In this document: one piece after another, positions 62,401 to 64,000 of the stretch
Numbering within the stretch: the first letter of the stretch is position 1
How the letters are laid out: every line of letters begins with the position of its first letter
Assembly: GCA_964016885.1 (NCBI GenBank)
Contig: OZ024758.1
Location: 39,060,001-39,124,000, forward strand
DNA length: 64,000 nucleotides
Direction: 5' to 3'
Source of the DNA: Eledone cirrhosa
Taxonomy: Eukaryota
Program-made: the position numbers and the translations under genes
Notes under the pieces: generated by a model
Seen by the model: the letters and a program-made list of their open reading frames with translations, nothing else
What the model was told of the DNA's origin: nothing
Databases searched by the model: none

Positions 62401-64000
62401 AAGTAACTCCACTGTTGGTGAGAATTCATTTAAGTTCATGGTATTAGCTGTCAGAAGTAACTCCACTGTTGGTGAGAATTCATTTAAGTTCATGGTATTA
62501 GCTGTCAGAAGTAACTCCACTGTTGGTGAGAATTCATTTAAGTTCATGGTATTAGCTGTCAGAAGTAACTCCACTGTTGGTGAGAATTCATTTAAGTTCA
62601 TGGTATTAGCTGTCAGAAGGAACGCCACTGTTGGTGAGAATTCATTTAAATTCATGGTATTAGCTGTCAGAGGTAACTCCACTGTTGGTGAGAATTCATT
62701 TAAGTTCATGGTACTAGCTGTGAGAAGTAACTCCAATGTTGGTGAGAATTCATTTAAGTTCATGGTATTAGCTGTCAGAAGGAATTCCACTGTTGCTGAG
62801 AATTCATTTAAGTTCATGGTATTAGCTGTCAGAAGTAACTCCACTGTTGGTGAGAATTCATTTAAGTTCATGGTACTAGCTGTCAGAAGTAACTCCACTG
62901 TTGGTGAGAATTCATTTAAGTTCATGGTATTAGCTGTCAGAAGTCACTCCAATGTTGGTGAGAATTCATTTAAGTTCATGGTATTAGCTGTCAGAAGTCA
63001 CTCCACTGTTGGTGAGAATTCATTTAAGTTCATGGTACTAGCTGTCAGAAGTAACCCCAATGTTGGTGAGAATTCATTTAAGTTCATGGTATTAGCTGTC
63101 AGAAGTCACTCCAATGTTGGTGAGAATTCATTTAAGTTCATGGTATTAGCTGTCAGAAGGAACGCCACTGTTGGTGAGAATTCATTTAAGTTCATGGTAT
63201 TAGCTGTCAGAAGTAACTCCACTGTTGGTGAGAATTCATTTAAGTTCATGGTACTAGCTGTCAGACGTAACTCCACTGTTGGTGAGAATTCATTTAAGTT
63301 CATGCTATTAGCTGTCAGAAGTAACTCCACTGTTGGTGAGAATTCATTTAAGTTCATGGTATTAGCTGTCAGAAGTAACTCCACTGTTGGTGAGAATTCA
63401 TTTAAGTTCATGGTATTAGCTGTCAGAAGGAACTCCAATGTTGGTGAGAATTCATTTAAGTCATGGTACTAGCTGTCAGAAGTAACTCCACTGTTGGTGA
63501 GAATTCATTTAAGTTCATGGTATTAGCTGTCAGAAGGAACGCCACTGTTGGTGAGAATTCATTTAAGTTCATGGTATTAGCTGTCAGAAGGAACTCCACT
63601 GTTGCTGAGAATTCATTTAAGTTCATGGTATTAGCTGTCAGAAGTAACTCCACTGTTGGTGAGAATTCATTTAAGTTCATGGTACTAGCTGTCAGAAGTC
63701 ACTCCACTGTTGGTGAGAATACATTTAAGTTCATGGTACTAGCTGTCAGAAGTAACCCCAATGTTGGTGAGAATTCATTTAAGTTCATGGTATTAGCTGT
63801 CAGAAGTCACTCCAATGTTGGTGAGAATTCATTTAAGTTCATGGTATTAGCTGTCAGAAGTAACTCCACTGTTGGTAAGAATTCATTTAAGTTCATGGTA
63901 TTAGCTGTCAGAAGTAACTCCACTGTTGGTGAGAATTCATTTAAGTTCATGGTATTAGCTGTCAGAAGGAACGCCACTGTTGGTGAGAATTCATTTAAGT

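Larger units (their letters stand above)
1..64000. repeat. 54-bp tandem satellite DNA array (~1,186 monomers, head-to-tail, running off both window edges)
   Basis: Seen directly: the unit ATGGTATTAGCTGTCAGAAGTAACTCCACTGTTGGTGAGAATTCATTTAAGTTC recurs every 54 bp (ATG at 33, 87, 141, ...). Monomers usually differ from consensus by 0-3 substitutions. There is no non-repeat sequence anywhere in the window. Confidence 0.99.

Noticed and set aside
1-64000. CRISPR-like array (conserved repeat plus variable core)
   Set aside because: The variable part is only a few SNP positions reused hundreds of times, not unique 25-45-bp spacers. There is no leader and no cas gene.
1-64000. Programmed -1 frameshift, phase-variation or diversity-generating cassette system using the 53-bp monomers
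   Set aside because: No recombinase, reverse transcriptase or expression locus is present. The deletion is inherited at fixed HOR positions through duplication and does not lie in a slippery homopolymer tract.
1-64000. CpG depletion as evidence of a methylated (vertebrate-like) genome
   Set aside because: The consensus has 0 CpG versus ~1.8 expected from composition in 54 bp, which is effectively one small sample and not significant. CpG occurs in the AACGCC variant.
1-64000. Telomeric repeat, tRNA/5S/snRNA/spliced-leader tandem gene array, or synthetic concatemer
   Set aside because: There is no G-rich telomere motif and no recognisable Pol III box or RNA-gene structure in the 54-bp unit. 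The nested, mutation-marked duplication history is that of a naturally evolving satellite rather than a ligated EcoRI concatemer.

Overview
The whole 64-kb window is one uninterrupted, single-orientation tandem satellite array of about 1,186 monomers of 54 bp. The consensus is ATGGTATTAGCTGTCAGAAGTAACTCCACTGTTGGTGAGAATTCATTTAAGTTC (20/54 = 37% GC, one EcoRI GAATTC and one AluI AGCT site per unit). I see no unique sequence, transposon insertion, inversion, RNA gene or credible protein-coding gene. Every ORF in the track arises because 54 is divisible by 3 and one frame per strand lacks a stop. The real information is in the order of monomer variants. About 80 monomers are 53 bp (AAGTTC>AAGTC) and punctuate a higher-order repeat (HOR). 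An inferred ancestral 35-mer (1,887 bp; blocks of 8+6+21 monomers) gives rise to 26-mer (1,403 bp), 10-mer (539 bp), 31-mer (1,674 bp), 49-mer (2,643 bp) and 44-mer (2,372 bp) derivatives. Superimposed are very recent multi-kb tandem duplications with offsets of 10,355/10,301 bp, 4,102 bp and 4,585/4,531 bp; two of them have visible chimeric junction monomers. This architecture is typical of eukaryotic (peri)centromeric or heterochromatic satellite DNA (inference). I do not recognise the satellite family or the organism, and I find no evidence of a novel gene-based system. All alignments were done by eye, so boundaries are approximate and a few variants may have been missed.
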